Virus record (IMG/VR): IMGVR_UViG_3300044842_000168 | Span: 1-64,000 of that record | Direction: 5' to 3' (one strand) | Source: a virus | Lineage: Duplodnaviria > Caudoviricetes | DNA length: 64,000 nucleotides | In this document: piece after piece, positions 1-7,798 of the stretch | How the letters are laid out: every line of letters starts with the position of its first letter | Numbering within the stretch: the first letter of the stretch is position 1 | Notes under the pieces: generated by a model | What the model saw: only the letters and a program-made list of their open reading frames with translations | The model's database searches: none | Told to the model about the DNA's origin: nothing | Translations under genes and position numbers: made by a program

Positions 1-116
1 TGGGGGCCTGGCGCGCCCCCCACCCCCCGGCCCGCCTCGCGGTGCTTGGTCAGCCGGCGGGAGGAGAGGGAGCCTCGCGAGCGGTTGAACGCGGCGAGGA
101 GTTCGTGCACGGTCAT
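1..116 (-). CDS. hypothetical protein, partial (runs off window start)
   Basis: ATG at 116 preceded by AAGGGGAA RBS, downstream of the TAGACG promoter at 257-286; MTVHELLAAFNRSRG... Confidence 0.4.
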   Translation of the reverse strand, partial: MTVHELLAAFNRSRGSLSSRRLTKHREAGRGVGGAPGP

Positions 117-256
117 CTGGTTCCCCTTCACGGGTCGTCGCCAGGTAGAGCGGACCGGACGGTCCGAGCGGTACCGAGGTAGCCAATGGCCCACTGGGCG
201 TCGGGGCGATCCCCGCTTGCCTCGGTACCGGTCGCGCCGACCGGGCTGCTGTAGGG

Positions 257-286
257 AGCCTACTGGGTAGACGCGAGTGCGTCTAC
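257..286 (-). promoter_or_regulatory. TAGACG-type early promoter with palindromic operator
   Basis: GTAGACG-cgagtg-CGTCTAC at 267-286; minus strand TAGACG-N17-TAGGCT. Confidence 0.75.
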
Positions 287-300
287 CCGGTAGCCGGTTC

Positions 301-507
301 TCAGACGAGGGACCAACCACTCGCGAGCCGTCCCGCGACGTAGGCGGTGAGCTCCGGGCCGATGACCCGGGTGGTCGGGATGGAGTCGGAGCGGTCGATC
401 ATCGCGACCGGCGAGCCGGCCTCGATGGAGATCGTGTCGATCTGGCCGGTGGGACCGTAGAGGTAGGTGGTCTCGGTGGCGGCGTGTCGGCCGGTCGTCT
501 TCTGCAT
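301..507 (-). CDS. hypothetical protein (leaderless)
   Basis: 68 aa ORF; ATG 6 nt after TACAAT -10 box. Confidence 0.65.
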   Translation of the reverse strand: MQKTTGRHAATETTYLYGPTGQIDTISIEAGSPVAMIDRSDSIPTTRVIGPELTAYVAGRLASGWSLV

Positions 508-513
508 ACCTAG

Positions 514-544
514 ATTGTAGTCCAGGAACCCCCACCGCGTCTAC
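514..544 (-). promoter_or_regulatory. TAGACG-type promoter (half operator site)
   Basis: minus strand TAGACG-N18-TACAAT. Confidence 0.7.
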
Positions 545-567
545 AGAACGGTGGGGGTTCCTGGAGA

Positions 568-1167
568 TTACTTGGTGATCGCGAGGAGCCGGTACGCCTC
601 GGAGACGTTCCGGACCTTCCGCGTCCGGTCGCCCAGGTCGATCTTGGACGACTTGAGGAAGTGGCCGTCCGCGTCCCAGTCCAGCCGGACCGTGCCGCGC
701 TCGCTGACGATGCGGACGGAGATGGTGCCCTTGCCGTACGACCGGACGGTGGGCTTTGTGGCGAGAGCCTCGGAGATGTGCGCCGCGACCGTCTTGGCCT
801 TGTCCCGGCCGGTGTCGGTCCGCCGGACGCAGTGGACCACGCCGGCCCGCGAGGTGCCCTTACGCGGCTCGGTGGGCTCCGGCTCCGGCTCGGCCTCGGG
901 AGCGATGTAGTCGGGGTTGAGCTCCGGGTGGCACGCCCAGCACTCGGCGACCGAGTGGCCGGCCTCGGGCTGCGTCTTGTCGGTGTGCTCCGGGCCGGCC
1001 GCGTCGTGGCCGAAGTCGCTGTGGGTGTTGTCCCAGCTGCCCTGCTCCGAGCACGGCACGCACAGCTCCAGGCTCCGCGCCGTCACGACGTCGCCGTAGG
1101 CCGCGCCGTTCCCGACCTTCCGAGCGTCGCAGCTCCGGCACATCTTCGGCTTGTTCATCCCGCTCAC
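568..1167 (-). CDS. hypothetical protein with Cys/His clusters (possible Zn finger)
   Basis: 199 aa; CxxC motifs (CRSC, CVPC, CWAC); GGAG RBS before GTG. Confidence 0.75.
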   Translation of the reverse strand: MSGMNKPKMCRSCDARKVGNGAAYGDVVTARSLELCVPCSEQGSWDNTHSDFGHDAAGPEHTDKTQPEAGHSVAECWACHPELNPDYIAPEAEPEPEPTEPRKGTSRAGVVHCVRRTDTGRDKAKTVAAHISEALATKPTVRSYGKGTISVRIVSERGTVRLDWDADGHFLKSSKIDLGDRTRKVRNVSEAYRLLAITK

Positions 1168-1199
1168 TCCTCAGCTGGTATCTCCTGGTTGCTGAGACC

Positions 1200-1230
1200 A
1201 GCTTACGCCAGTAGACGCACCCGCGTCTAC
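1200..1230 (-). promoter_or_regulatory. TAGACG-type promoter/operator
   Basis: GTAGACG-cacccg-CGTCTAC at 1211-1230; TAGACG-N18-TAAGCT. Confidence 0.8.
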
Positions 1231-1511
1231 CCCTTTCTGGAGATTGTTTCGCTGACCTCTCCGACATGGATCGGCTCGATCACCAGGCGCGGCTTGCGAA
1301 GCTGGTCGTTGATGCACACCGGGAAGTCGAACACCGTAGCCGGATCCACGAAGCCGGGCGGCCGGCCGCCCAGGGCAGCGGTCTGTTCGATGAACGGCCG
1401 GATGTGGCTCCGCGCGCACTCGAAGTAGATGGTGACCGGCGGGTCGGTGGCGCGAGTGTTGAGCCGCATCATCTCGGCCTGCCGGTAGAGGGCCATGAAC
1501 GCTTCTTCCAT
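1227..1511 (-). CDS. hypothetical protein
   Basis: MEEAFMALY...; start overlaps TGA of upstream gene (TGATG); C-terminal part of the listed 1227..2183 ORF. Confidence 0.65.
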   Translation of the reverse strand: MEEAFMALYRQAEMMRLNTRATDPPVTIYFECARSHIRPFIEQTAALGGRPPGFVDPATVFDFPVCINDQLRKPRLVIEPIHVGEVSETISRKG

Positions 1512-2146
1512 CAACAACCTCCGGTGCACTGTTGGGGTAGGTGGAACATGCCCGAGCAGAAGGAGCCCGGAGTGTGCGCGCAGCCGTGGAGCCGGCCGGC
1601 GCGCTCCTCGCGGACCAGCTTCACGTAGAACACCTTGAACGGGACAGCGCGGTCGGCGAGGTCCTGTACAAGGTCCCACTGGTCGGTAACGGGGACGTAC
1701 GGCCGGCGGCTGACCGCAGCAGTGACCACCGCTGTGTCGAGTTCCTTCGCCTGCCGGACCGACTGTAGCTCGCAGGAGTCGGGGCAGCAGAAGTGGGTCG
1801 GCTTCCCGTGGGCCTCGTGGCAGTGGTCCGCGACGTTCGCGTGCCGGCCGAGATGGAGCTTGCAGCGCGGGCAGCGCACGATCCGGTACCGGCTCCAGTA
1901 CGAGGCGCGGCCGGCCGCCAGGACCATGAAGGCGTCCCGCTCCTCCACCTTTGGCGTCCCGCGCTTCCGGCAGAACCGTCCGGTGCAGGGCTCGTTGTCG
2001 GTGCTGTGGTAGTGCAGGTTGATCAGTCGGCCCGGCGGGTGGTATCTCTCCATCTCCTTCAGCAAGATCCGCTCGCCCTCGCTGAGCACGCTCGGCGCGC
2101 ACCACTCCGCGAGGCACCAAGCCGAGCCGTGACGGTGTAGGTTCAT
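1511..2146 (-). CDS. hypothetical protein, Cys/His-rich
   Basis: 211 aa; ATGA overlap with upstream gene; CPRC and HxxxxHxC motifs. Confidence 0.65.
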   Translation of the reverse strand: MNLHRHGSAWCLAEWCAPSVLSEGERILLKEMERYHPPGRLINLHYHSTDNEPCTGRFCRKRGTPKVEERDAFMVLAAGRASYWSRYRIVRCPRCKLHLGRHANVADHCHEAHGKPTHFCCPDSCELQSVRQAKELDTAVVTAAVSRRPYVPVTDQWDLVQDLADRAVPFKVFYVKLVREERAGRLHGCAHTPGSFCSGMFHLPQQCTGGC

Positions 2147-2928
2147 CGCTTCCTCTTCCAGCTATCGATGGAGTCCAGGTCACCCTGCGTCGCCGGCTTC
2201 ATCTCGTTCAGGCTCCACGAGACGTAGCGTGGCATCCAGTACTTCCTGGCAGTGAGTGACAGCCGGGTGATCTCTTGGCCTGTGTATTGCGGCGGCGTGG
2301 CGTGGAGGTTGATGGATTTGATTTCAGCGAGCGGCGCGTCGGCCGCTGAGCCCCGAACGATCTCGCCAATCTCGGGCACCCACAGCCCATCCGGCTCGAT
2401 ACCGGAAGCGATCGAGAACTGATAGGCAAGATACGCCAGCTCATCATCCCCCAGTATGTCATAGTCCGGCGGCTCTACAGATGCAGGGGCAGGAGCCTCG
2501 CTACGGACCACCCGCATGACCAGCATCGGCAGCACGTGGATGAACAGCTCACACGCGACGATGGAATACAGCCACTGCTTGATGCCGCCGCTCATCGCTC
2601 CGGTGACCAGACCGGTTGTTGACATGATGATGGCGAACCAGACCAACTCGCGGCTGAAGGAGAAGGATCGGCGGCGCGGCGGCTCCTTGGCGGCGACGCG
2701 GCGGGCCTTCGCCTCTTCCTGCTCCGCAGCCGCAGCAAGCTCTCGGATGTACCTCTGTGCTGCGAAGGTCTCCTCACACTCTCGTATGGCCTGCATCCGT
2801 TCAAGGTCCGTACGGGCCTCTCGGAGCCGTTTCTGTGCGACTAGAACTGGGTCGGACCCAGGGCAGTACAGCCCGTCGCCGTAGCTGTGCGCAGCGTGCG
2901 GCAACTTGACTCGGCAGGCCTCAGACAT
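2143..2928 (-). CDS. membrane protein with N-terminal C-H-H-C motif and coiled coil
   Basis: 261 aa; CRVKLPHAAHSY..YCPG, helical segment, two hydrophobic stretches. Confidence 0.7.
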   Translation of the reverse strand: MSEACRVKLPHAAHSYGDGLYCPGSDPVLVAQKRLREARTDLERMQAIRECEETFAAQRYIRELAAAAEQEEAKARRVAAKEPPRRRSFSFSRELVWFAIIMSTTGLVTGAMSGGIKQWLYSIVACELFIHVLPMLVMRVVRSEAPAPASVEPPDYDILGDDELAYLAYQFSIASGIEPDGLWVPEIGEIVRGSAADAPLAEIKSINLHATPPQYTGQEITRLSLTARKYWMPRYVSWSLNEMKPATQGDLDSIDSWKRKR

Positions 2929-3181
2929 CCTTCATCGCCTTCCACAGCGCGTCGGTAGCAGCCTTCGCCTCGGGACAGGCGCCTTCGAACGCTCCGACGT
3001 TGAGCGGCTGTCCCTCCCGGAGCACCAGCGCGTCCACCCCGGCCCACACAGCCCGGCGCCACGCCGGCTGCGCGTAGAAGTGCAGCGGTACTTTGGCGAT
3101 CTCGCCGGCCGAGAAGGAGGCGTTGACCGCATAGAGGAGTGAGTTGTAGCTCCAGATGAGGGTGATGCGGCGCGTCTTCAT
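2921..3181 (-). CDS. hypothetical protein
   Basis: MKTRRITLIWS...; ATGA coupling to upstream gene. Confidence 0.65.
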   Translation of the reverse strand: MKTRRITLIWSYNSLLYAVNASFSAGEIAKVPLHFYAQPAWRRAVWAGVDALVLREGQPLNVGAFEGACPEAKAATDALWKAMKDV

Positions 3182-3333
3182 CGCAACCACCACAGCAGCT
3201 TCCCTTGCGCGCGGGCATCTGCCCGCGCTCGGCGCCGGTAGATGGCGCGATCCTTGTCATGAAGCCGAACGCCGACGAAGGCGCCGACAATCGCGGCCCC
3301 GAGGCAGGCGAGGGTGAACCAAACGACGTCCAT
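3178..3333 (-). CDS. small membrane protein (leaderless; not in ORF track)
   Basis: MDVVWFTLACLGAAIVGAFVGVRLHDKDR...LWWLR, 51 aa; ATG 7 nt after TACGCT; TGA overlaps next ATG. Confidence 0.7.
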   Translation of the reverse strand: MDVVWFTLACLGAAIVGAFVGVRLHDKDRAIYRRRARADARAQGKLLWWLR

Positions 3334-3340
3334 GCACCCG

Positions 3341-3406
3341 AGCGTACGCTGTAGACGTAACTGCGTCTACGAACGGGTAGACGCAACCGCGTCGGCGCGC
3401 TACCTT
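3341..3406. promoter_or_regulatory. divergent pair of TAGACG promoters
   Basis: palindrome 3351-3370 with leftward TAGACG-N17-TACGCT; rightward TAGACG(3378)-N17-TACCTT(3401-3406) facing the RNA cassette. Confidence 0.75.
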
Positions 3407-3720
3407 CTCTCTCGTGAACACGACGGGAGTACGCTTCCCGAGCCAGGCCGATACTTGACAACTCCATCACAGGCTTCCGGACGCGGTGAACGCCACCCGC
3501 CCTCACTCACGCTTCGGCGCTGAGCCAGTAACCGCGTCCGGTCGAAACTCCCTAAAGAGGGCACGAGTTCCTCGACCAGCGCGCGGCCAAGGCCGATATC
3601 GTGTAGTGGCGGGGCGGCGGGTCGCGCCAAAGCCCCGCTTCCTCTTCAGGGAACAACTCCAGGCGTTGCGCGGACGGTACGCCTGGCAGCCGAGGCGGCA
3701 TGAGGGGTCGCCTCGGCCGG

Positions 3721-3794
3721 TGCGGGGTGGAGGAGCTTGGTACCTCGCTGGACTCATAATCCAGAGATCGCGGGTTCAAATCCCGCTCCCGCTA
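3721..3794 (+). tRNA. tRNA-Met(CAT), initiator-like
   Basis: TGCGGGGTGGAGGAGCTTGGTACCTCGCTGGACTCATAATCCAGAGATCGCGGGTTCAAATCCCGCTCCCGCTA; resembles actinobacterial fMet tRNA; 1:72 mismatch; no encoded CCA. Confidence 0.9.
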
Positions 3795-3959
3795 CGACTA
3801 CGCCCCCGCGTAGCCACGTCCCTGTCCGGGGACTCCACGCCCTCGAATCCAGCCAGAAACGGACGGTGGCTGGTGAGTAAGGGCAAGCAGGACGGATTGG
3901 TTAACCAGACCGTACCGTCCACGGGCCGGCGTGCTCCGCTTCAGGTCGCCGGCCCACTT

Positions 3960-4024
3960 GGGTAGCAGCCCGCTCCAGCGGATGCGGTAGGACTGCTTGC
4001 TGGTTCGATGTCCAGCACTACCCG
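3960..4024 (+). ncRNA. miniature tRNA-like element (acceptor plus T arm, no canonical anticodon loop)
   Basis: GGGTAG/CTACCC stem and TGCTGG-TTCGATGT-CCAGCA T arm with two small inner hairpins. Confidence 0.45.
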
Positions 4025-4093
4025 CTTGGCAAACTTCCCTTGTCCTGCAACCTGTCTCAGCCATTGAGCGGTGTAAGACGGGCCTGGGTGGTC

Positions 4094-4198
4094 GTCCGGA
4101 GCGCTGTTGATCTGGAACGGCGAGGAGCCTCATATAGACAGCGGGTCAGATCCGCTGTTGCTCTTAGGGGTAGGGTGGTTCGAGTCCACCCCCGGACA
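4094..4198 (+). ncRNA. tRNA-like RNA (CAT) with 24-nt hairpin insertion at position 37/38
   Basis: GTCCGG/CCGGAC acceptor, 7-bp D stem, AGGAGC/GCTCTT anticodon stem, CTCATA then inserted hairpin, GGGTGG-TTCGAGT-CCACCC T arm. Confidence 0.6.
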
Positions 4199-4433
4199 CG
4201 CTCGTACACAGCCCCGCTGACGGGGTGCTTGGTACGGCCGGCGGCCCACCGCCGTCATCGGTTGGGCAGGGACCACGGCCCTATCCTGGGCAGGCGCCAC
4301 ACGCTGGTGCCAGGGTTGAATCGTGGCGCGTTCCGCTACGCGAGTTGGTGTGGGCTGATAGCGGACGTCCTTCTGGTGGGACGATTGGATTCGCCAGAGA
4401 GACCACAGCGTGTGGCCACACGCTGTGGTGCTT

Positions 4434-4552
4434 GGGGACGTAGCTTCAACAGGCAGAGCTAGGGCACCACCCGGGCCACCCAGGAAGACACGGCGCCGTG
4501 TTGACTGTGGTGGGGTGTATCCCTGATGCGGGTTCGAGTCCCGCCGTCCCAC
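4434..4552 (+). ncRNA. tRNA-like RNA whose anticodon loop is replaced by a 56-nt structured insert
   Basis: GGGGACG-TA-GCTT..GAGC D arm, AGGG/CCCT stem enclosing 4465-4520, GCGGG-TTCGAGT-CCCGC T arm, CGTCCC acceptor. Confidence 0.65.
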
Positions 4553-4660
4553 AGGAGCCCCCACACGCGCTCCGAACTACCGGAGACGGCCGATAGCCCA
4601 CGAGCGGCCATTCTAGACCCCATAGCGCACCCGTATTCGGCCTGGGACGGGAGAGCGCGA

Positions 4661-4697
4661 CGAAGAGCCCCGGGTTGCCAGTCCCCGGGGCTCTTCG
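4661..4697. terminator. hairpin terminator between convergent units
   Basis: 14-bp arms CGAAGAGCCCCGGG / CCCGGGGCTCTTCG. Confidence 0.7.
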
Positions 4698-4715
4698 CTG
4701 TGTGCTGGACGGGTT

Positions 4716-4883
4716 CTACCGGCCGTTGGCCCGCGCGGTGTCGACCATCCGGCTGCCCTTCGCCCACTGGGCGTCGGCCTTGGCGGTGTTGCCGGCGTCG
4801 CGGTTGGCGTTTGACGCTGCCATCAGCCGCGAGCCGGCCCGCAGCCGGTAGTCGTTCCGCGCGTCGCTGTTGGACTTGGCCAT
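4716..4883 (-). CDS. small hypothetical protein
   Basis: MAKSNSDARNDYRL..., 55 aa; AAGGG RBS; downstream of promoter 4919-4948. Confidence 0.65.
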   Translation of the reverse strand: MAKSNSDARNDYRLRAGSRLMAASNANRDAGNTAKADAQWAKGSRMVDTARANGR

Positions 4884-4918
4884 TGTCGATCCCTTCGTCG
4901 GTTGACTTCGACGTCTAC

Positions 4919-4948
4919 AGCTTACTCTGTAGACGCGGCTCCGTCTAC
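4919..4948 (-). promoter_or_regulatory. TAGACG-type promoter/operator
   Basis: GTAGACG-cggctc-CGTCTAC at 4929-4948; TAGACG-N17-TAAGCT. Confidence 0.8.
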
Positions 4949-4970
4949 CCCAACGCGTAGCCTCGGCGCC

Positions 4971-5321
4971 ATGGCCAAGTCGAAGGGGGCCAACATCGGC
5001 TCCAACATGAAGCGCTCCGCGCCGCACGCGTCGGCGCCGAGCGCGAAGCAGCGGAAGAGCATGCCGGCCTCGAACTTCGCCGGCCCCGGGAAGTCGTACC
5101 CCATCGTGAACAACAAGGGGCAGAAGTCCGCGCCGATCGCGCGGAACGCGCTGGCCCGCGCCGCCCAGTTCGCCTCTCCTGCTGTGCAGGCCCAGGTGAA
5201 GCGGAAGGTGGCGGCCAACTTCCCCTCCATCGCCGTCACCGGGAAGCGCTCCGGCTCGGCCGGCCGCCGGACGGCCCCGAAGCGCATGAGCTCCACGGGA
5301 AGCTACCGCCGAGGCAAGTGA
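4971..5321 (+). CDS. basic protein, DUF6582-like (leaderless)
   Basis: MPASNFAGPGKSYPI...ARNALARAAQ motif recalled from DUF6582-type phage proteins; K/R-rich; ATG 7 nt after TAGCCT. Confidence 0.7.
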   Translation: MAKSKGANIGSNMKRSAPHASAPSAKQRKSMPASNFAGPGKSYPIVNNKGQKSAPIARNALARAAQFASPAVQAQVKRKVAANFPSIAVTGKRSGSAGRRTAPKRMSSTGSYRRGK

Positions 5322-5327
5322 CCACCA

Positions 5328-5362
5328 GAACGGCCCGCTACGTGCGACGTAGCGGGCCGTTC
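5328..5362. terminator. bidirectional terminator
   Basis: 16-bp arms GAACGGCCCGCTACGT / ACGTAGCGGGCCGTTC between convergent genes. Confidence 0.75.
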
Positions 5363-5373
5363 GGCGTTCGGGC

Positions 5374-7725
5374 CTACTTCCCCTTGAGCGACTGTGCCAG
5401 GAGGGCTGCAGCCTCCTTCCGATTCTTCCCGATGAACCGCCGGCCGCCGGGGCCGCCGGCCTCGCGAGAGACGAACTGACCGGGCCCGCGCTCCTCGATT
5501 GTGCCCACCAGCTTGCCCGACGAGTCGTGCATGTTGAACACGCGCTTGCCGGCGAGCGTCTTCTGACCGCTCTCCATCAGTTGGTATCCGCCCGGCGCAC
5601 CAACGACCTTCTTGGGTTGGGTCGGGCTGGCCTCGTTTCGCAGACGTTCTCGACGCGCCGCGATGGACTCTCCCGGCTTGAAGCCGTAGTTGGCCGATGC
5701 TGCCTTGGGTTCGGCCGAGGCAGCCTTCGCGAGCTTCTCGCCAGACTTCACCGAACCAGCACCGGTCGTGGAGATTCGGCCAGCCATCATGTCCGAGAGC
5801 ACGCCCTGCTCGGCGGTGACGTCCTTCATCTGGTTGTGAATCTTCATCTCCTGCTGCGACTGCAGCAGCCCGCGTCGCCGGCCCTTCGCCGCGTCGTAGC
5901 GATCGCTCAGCGCCTGGTACTTCTTCTCCAGCGAGTCGTGAGCCTTCTGGAGCTGGGCCGGCGACTTGCCCTGGTGCTTGGCGATGAACTCATCCCTCTG
6001 GCGCTCGGCGTGAGTCTGCTTGGGGCTGGGGCTGTTCAGGCTGGTCTTGTTCTTCCGCGCCGCCAGCTCATCCTCCACCGCGCGAAGCCGGCGCTCACCG
6101 CTCGGCATCATGGTGGCGGCGAACGAGGAGCGGAGCCGTGTCTGCTCGGCCTTCAGCTGCTCGTCTGACAGCTGTGAGACCTCGGCCTTGGTGGCATCGC
6201 CCTCGGCCACCGCCTTGAACGGGTTGTGGCCTTCGCTCTGGGCCGCGCGCCGCCGGTCCGCCTCGGCCTTCGCTCCAGCGAACTGCTCCGCTGCCCGGAC
6301 GTGCTCCGGCTTCTTCGCGAACGGGTTGGACGCCTCGCGGCGCCGCGTCCGCTCGGCCTTCAGCGCGTCATACCGCTTCTGGGACATGCCGGAGCCGAGC
6401 GCGCTCTCCAGCTCCGACTGGAGTTCAGCGTCGGACAGCTTCGCCGGGTCCTTCCCGGAGCCCTGCCCGACACGCGGCTCCTGCGAGGTCCCGGTGTTGG
6501 GCTTCTCCGCCAGCTTGCCGGTTGGGTGGTCCGGTCTCGACGCGGCGCGTCGGTCGCTTTCGGCCTGTAGGATGCGCCGCATGTTGGGGCCGTTGCTGGA
6601 CTTCTTGAGCTCAGCAGCCAGCTCAAGGTCCGACATCGCCTTGGCCCTCTCGGAAGGGGTCGCCCGGGACGCCTTCTCGGTAGCGGCGCGGAGGTCCATC
6701 TGATTGCCGCGAGGCTCGGCCGTGCCCCCGAAGTGGAAGGTGCTGTTGGGGCTGGCGATGATGGTGGAGCGCTTGCCCGTCTTCGGGTGCTCCACCTCGA
6801 TCTCCTTCAACTTGCCCGCACCGCCAGACTGGGTCAGCTTCGCCGAGACGACGCGGTGGAACTCGGCGTTGTGGGCCTTGGTGTTCTCATGGCTACCGCC
6901 GGTGTCCATGTTGTCGGCCTTGATCAGGTCGCCGGGCTCCAGCTTGTTGGCACGGATCTTCGTGCCACGCTGGGTGGTGTAGGTCCGCTCCTTGACGGAC
7001 GCGGCCTTCTTCGCGCCGCTGATCTGCTCCGCCGCAGCCTCATGAGCCGGCTTCTTCGTCTTGAGCTCGCTGTCCGAGAGATCCTGCAGCTTCCGCTTGG
7101 CCTTCGGCTCGGAGGGCATCCCCTTCTCCCCGAACACCGGAGCTTCGCGCTTGAGCTGGTCGGCCGAGAAGCGGCTGATCCGGCCGGTGCTGATCCGACT
7201 GTCGATCTCCTTGAGGATGGCATCCCGCTCGCTGGGGTCGGCCTTGTTGAGTTGGGCCTTCAGCTCATCGTTGCTCTTGCCCCGAAAGTCGTTCGCGCTC
7301 TTTGGCGGCCCAGCCCGGAGCGCGTCAGGGTGGTTCTTCCCGCGCTCCGCCATGGACGTCGCTGAACGGCCGGTCTTGAGGCCGCGTGCGCCGAGTTCCT
7401 TCTGGACCTCGGCGTGGTGCTTGAGGGCGGCCCGCTTGTCCTCCTCGCCAGTCGCGAACCTGTGCATGTCCTTCGCGCGGAGCTGCTCGTGCTTCAGCTG
7501 GTTGTCCGACAGCGCGCTCAGATCCTTGCCGGCCGAGCCGTGCGCGTGGTTGATGGTCTGCTTGGCGTGCGCCAGCTTCTTCTCGCCGGCCGCGACCTTG
7601 GCGACTTCGGCGTTCACCAGCAGCTTGTGGGCCTCGGACTTGTCCCCGTGGGCCTTGACCTCGGCTGCTTCGGGTGTGATGGGGATCCACCCGTGCCGCC
7701 AGTGGTATACGTGACCGTGAGCCAT
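5374..7725 (-). CDS. large basic protein with N-terminal HWxHGWIP module and LSDxEL repeats (putative virion-internal protein)
   Basis: 783 aa; N-terminus similar to that of 12662..13531; about 8 [LMK]S[DN]x[EQ]L motifs; leaderless after TAGGAT. Confidence 0.8.
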   Translation of the reverse strand: MAHGHVYHWRHGWIPITPEAAEVKAHGDKSEAHKLLVNAEVAKVAAGEKKLAHAKQTINHAHGSAGKDLSALSDNQLKHEQLRAKDMHRFATGEEDKRAALKHHAEVQKELGARGLKTGRSATSMAERGKNHPDALRAGPPKSANDFRGKSNDELKAQLNKADPSERDAILKEIDSRISTGRISRFSADQLKREAPVFGEKGMPSEPKAKRKLQDLSDSELKTKKPAHEAAAEQISGAKKAASVKERTYTTQRGTKIRANKLEPGDLIKADNMDTGGSHENTKAHNAEFHRVVSAKLTQSGGAGKLKEIEVEHPKTGKRSTIIASPNSTFHFGGTAEPRGNQMDLRAATEKASRATPSERAKAMSDLELAAELKKSSNGPNMRRILQAESDRRAASRPDHPTGKLAEKPNTGTSQEPRVGQGSGKDPAKLSDAELQSELESALGSGMSQKRYDALKAERTRRREASNPFAKKPEHVRAAEQFAGAKAEADRRRAAQSEGHNPFKAVAEGDATKAEVSQLSDEQLKAEQTRLRSSFAATMMPSGERRLRAVEDELAARKNKTSLNSPSPKQTHAERQRDEFIAKHQGKSPAQLQKAHDSLEKKYQALSDRYDAAKGRRRGLLQSQQEMKIHNQMKDVTAEQGVLSDMMAGRISTTGAGSVKSGEKLAKAASAEPKAASANYGFKPGESIAARRERLRNEASPTQPKKVVGAPGGYQLMESGQKTLAGKRVFNMHDSSGKLVGTIEERGPGQFVSREAGGPGGRRFIGKNRKEAAALLAQSLKGK

Positions 7726-7750
7726 GGTCAGATCCTAATCGGTCAGATGA

Positions 7751-7789
7751 CGAAATAAGCCGGCCGGCTCCGAGCGGGAGCCGGCCGGC
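7751..7789 (-). terminator. rho-independent terminator
   Basis: 13-bp arms at 7759-7771 and 7777-7789 followed by TTATTTC on the minus strand. Confidence 0.7.
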
Positions 7790-7798
7790 GAGTCAGGG

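Larger units (their letters stand above)
3413..4697 (+). ncRNA. ORF-free multi-hairpin structured RNA cassette
   Basis: dense run of GC hairpins (e.g. 3477-3541 with cUUCGg loop; perfect 28 bp palindrome 4402-4429), four tRNA-like folds, promoter upstream and terminator downstream; ORFs here lack RBS or protein-like character. Confidence 0.6.

Noticed and set aside
3458-3463. TTGACA as a sigma-70 type promoter inside the RNA cassette leader
   Set aside because: No TAnnnT -10 at 16-19 nt spacing; the TAGACG/TACCTT promoter at 3378-3406 explains transcription better.
3477-3580. SRP RNA or Y RNA (YrlA)
   Set aside because: No SRP CAGG/GNRA/AGCA internal-loop motif; the GGTCGA/TCGACC stem lacks the bulged C of Ro-binding helices, and no Ro60/TROVE gene is in the window. 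An Rfam search is needed to exclude these fully.
4434-4552. tmRNA
   Set aside because: The 3' end resembles tmRNA, but the element has a paired D arm, is only 119 nt long and contains no tag reading frame or pseudoknots.
3400-4770. Protein-coding ORFs in the RNA cassette (e.g. 3486..3965, 4040..4462, 4130..4564)
   Set aside because: No RBS, no codon bias or protein-like composition, and they overlap tRNA folds and hairpins.
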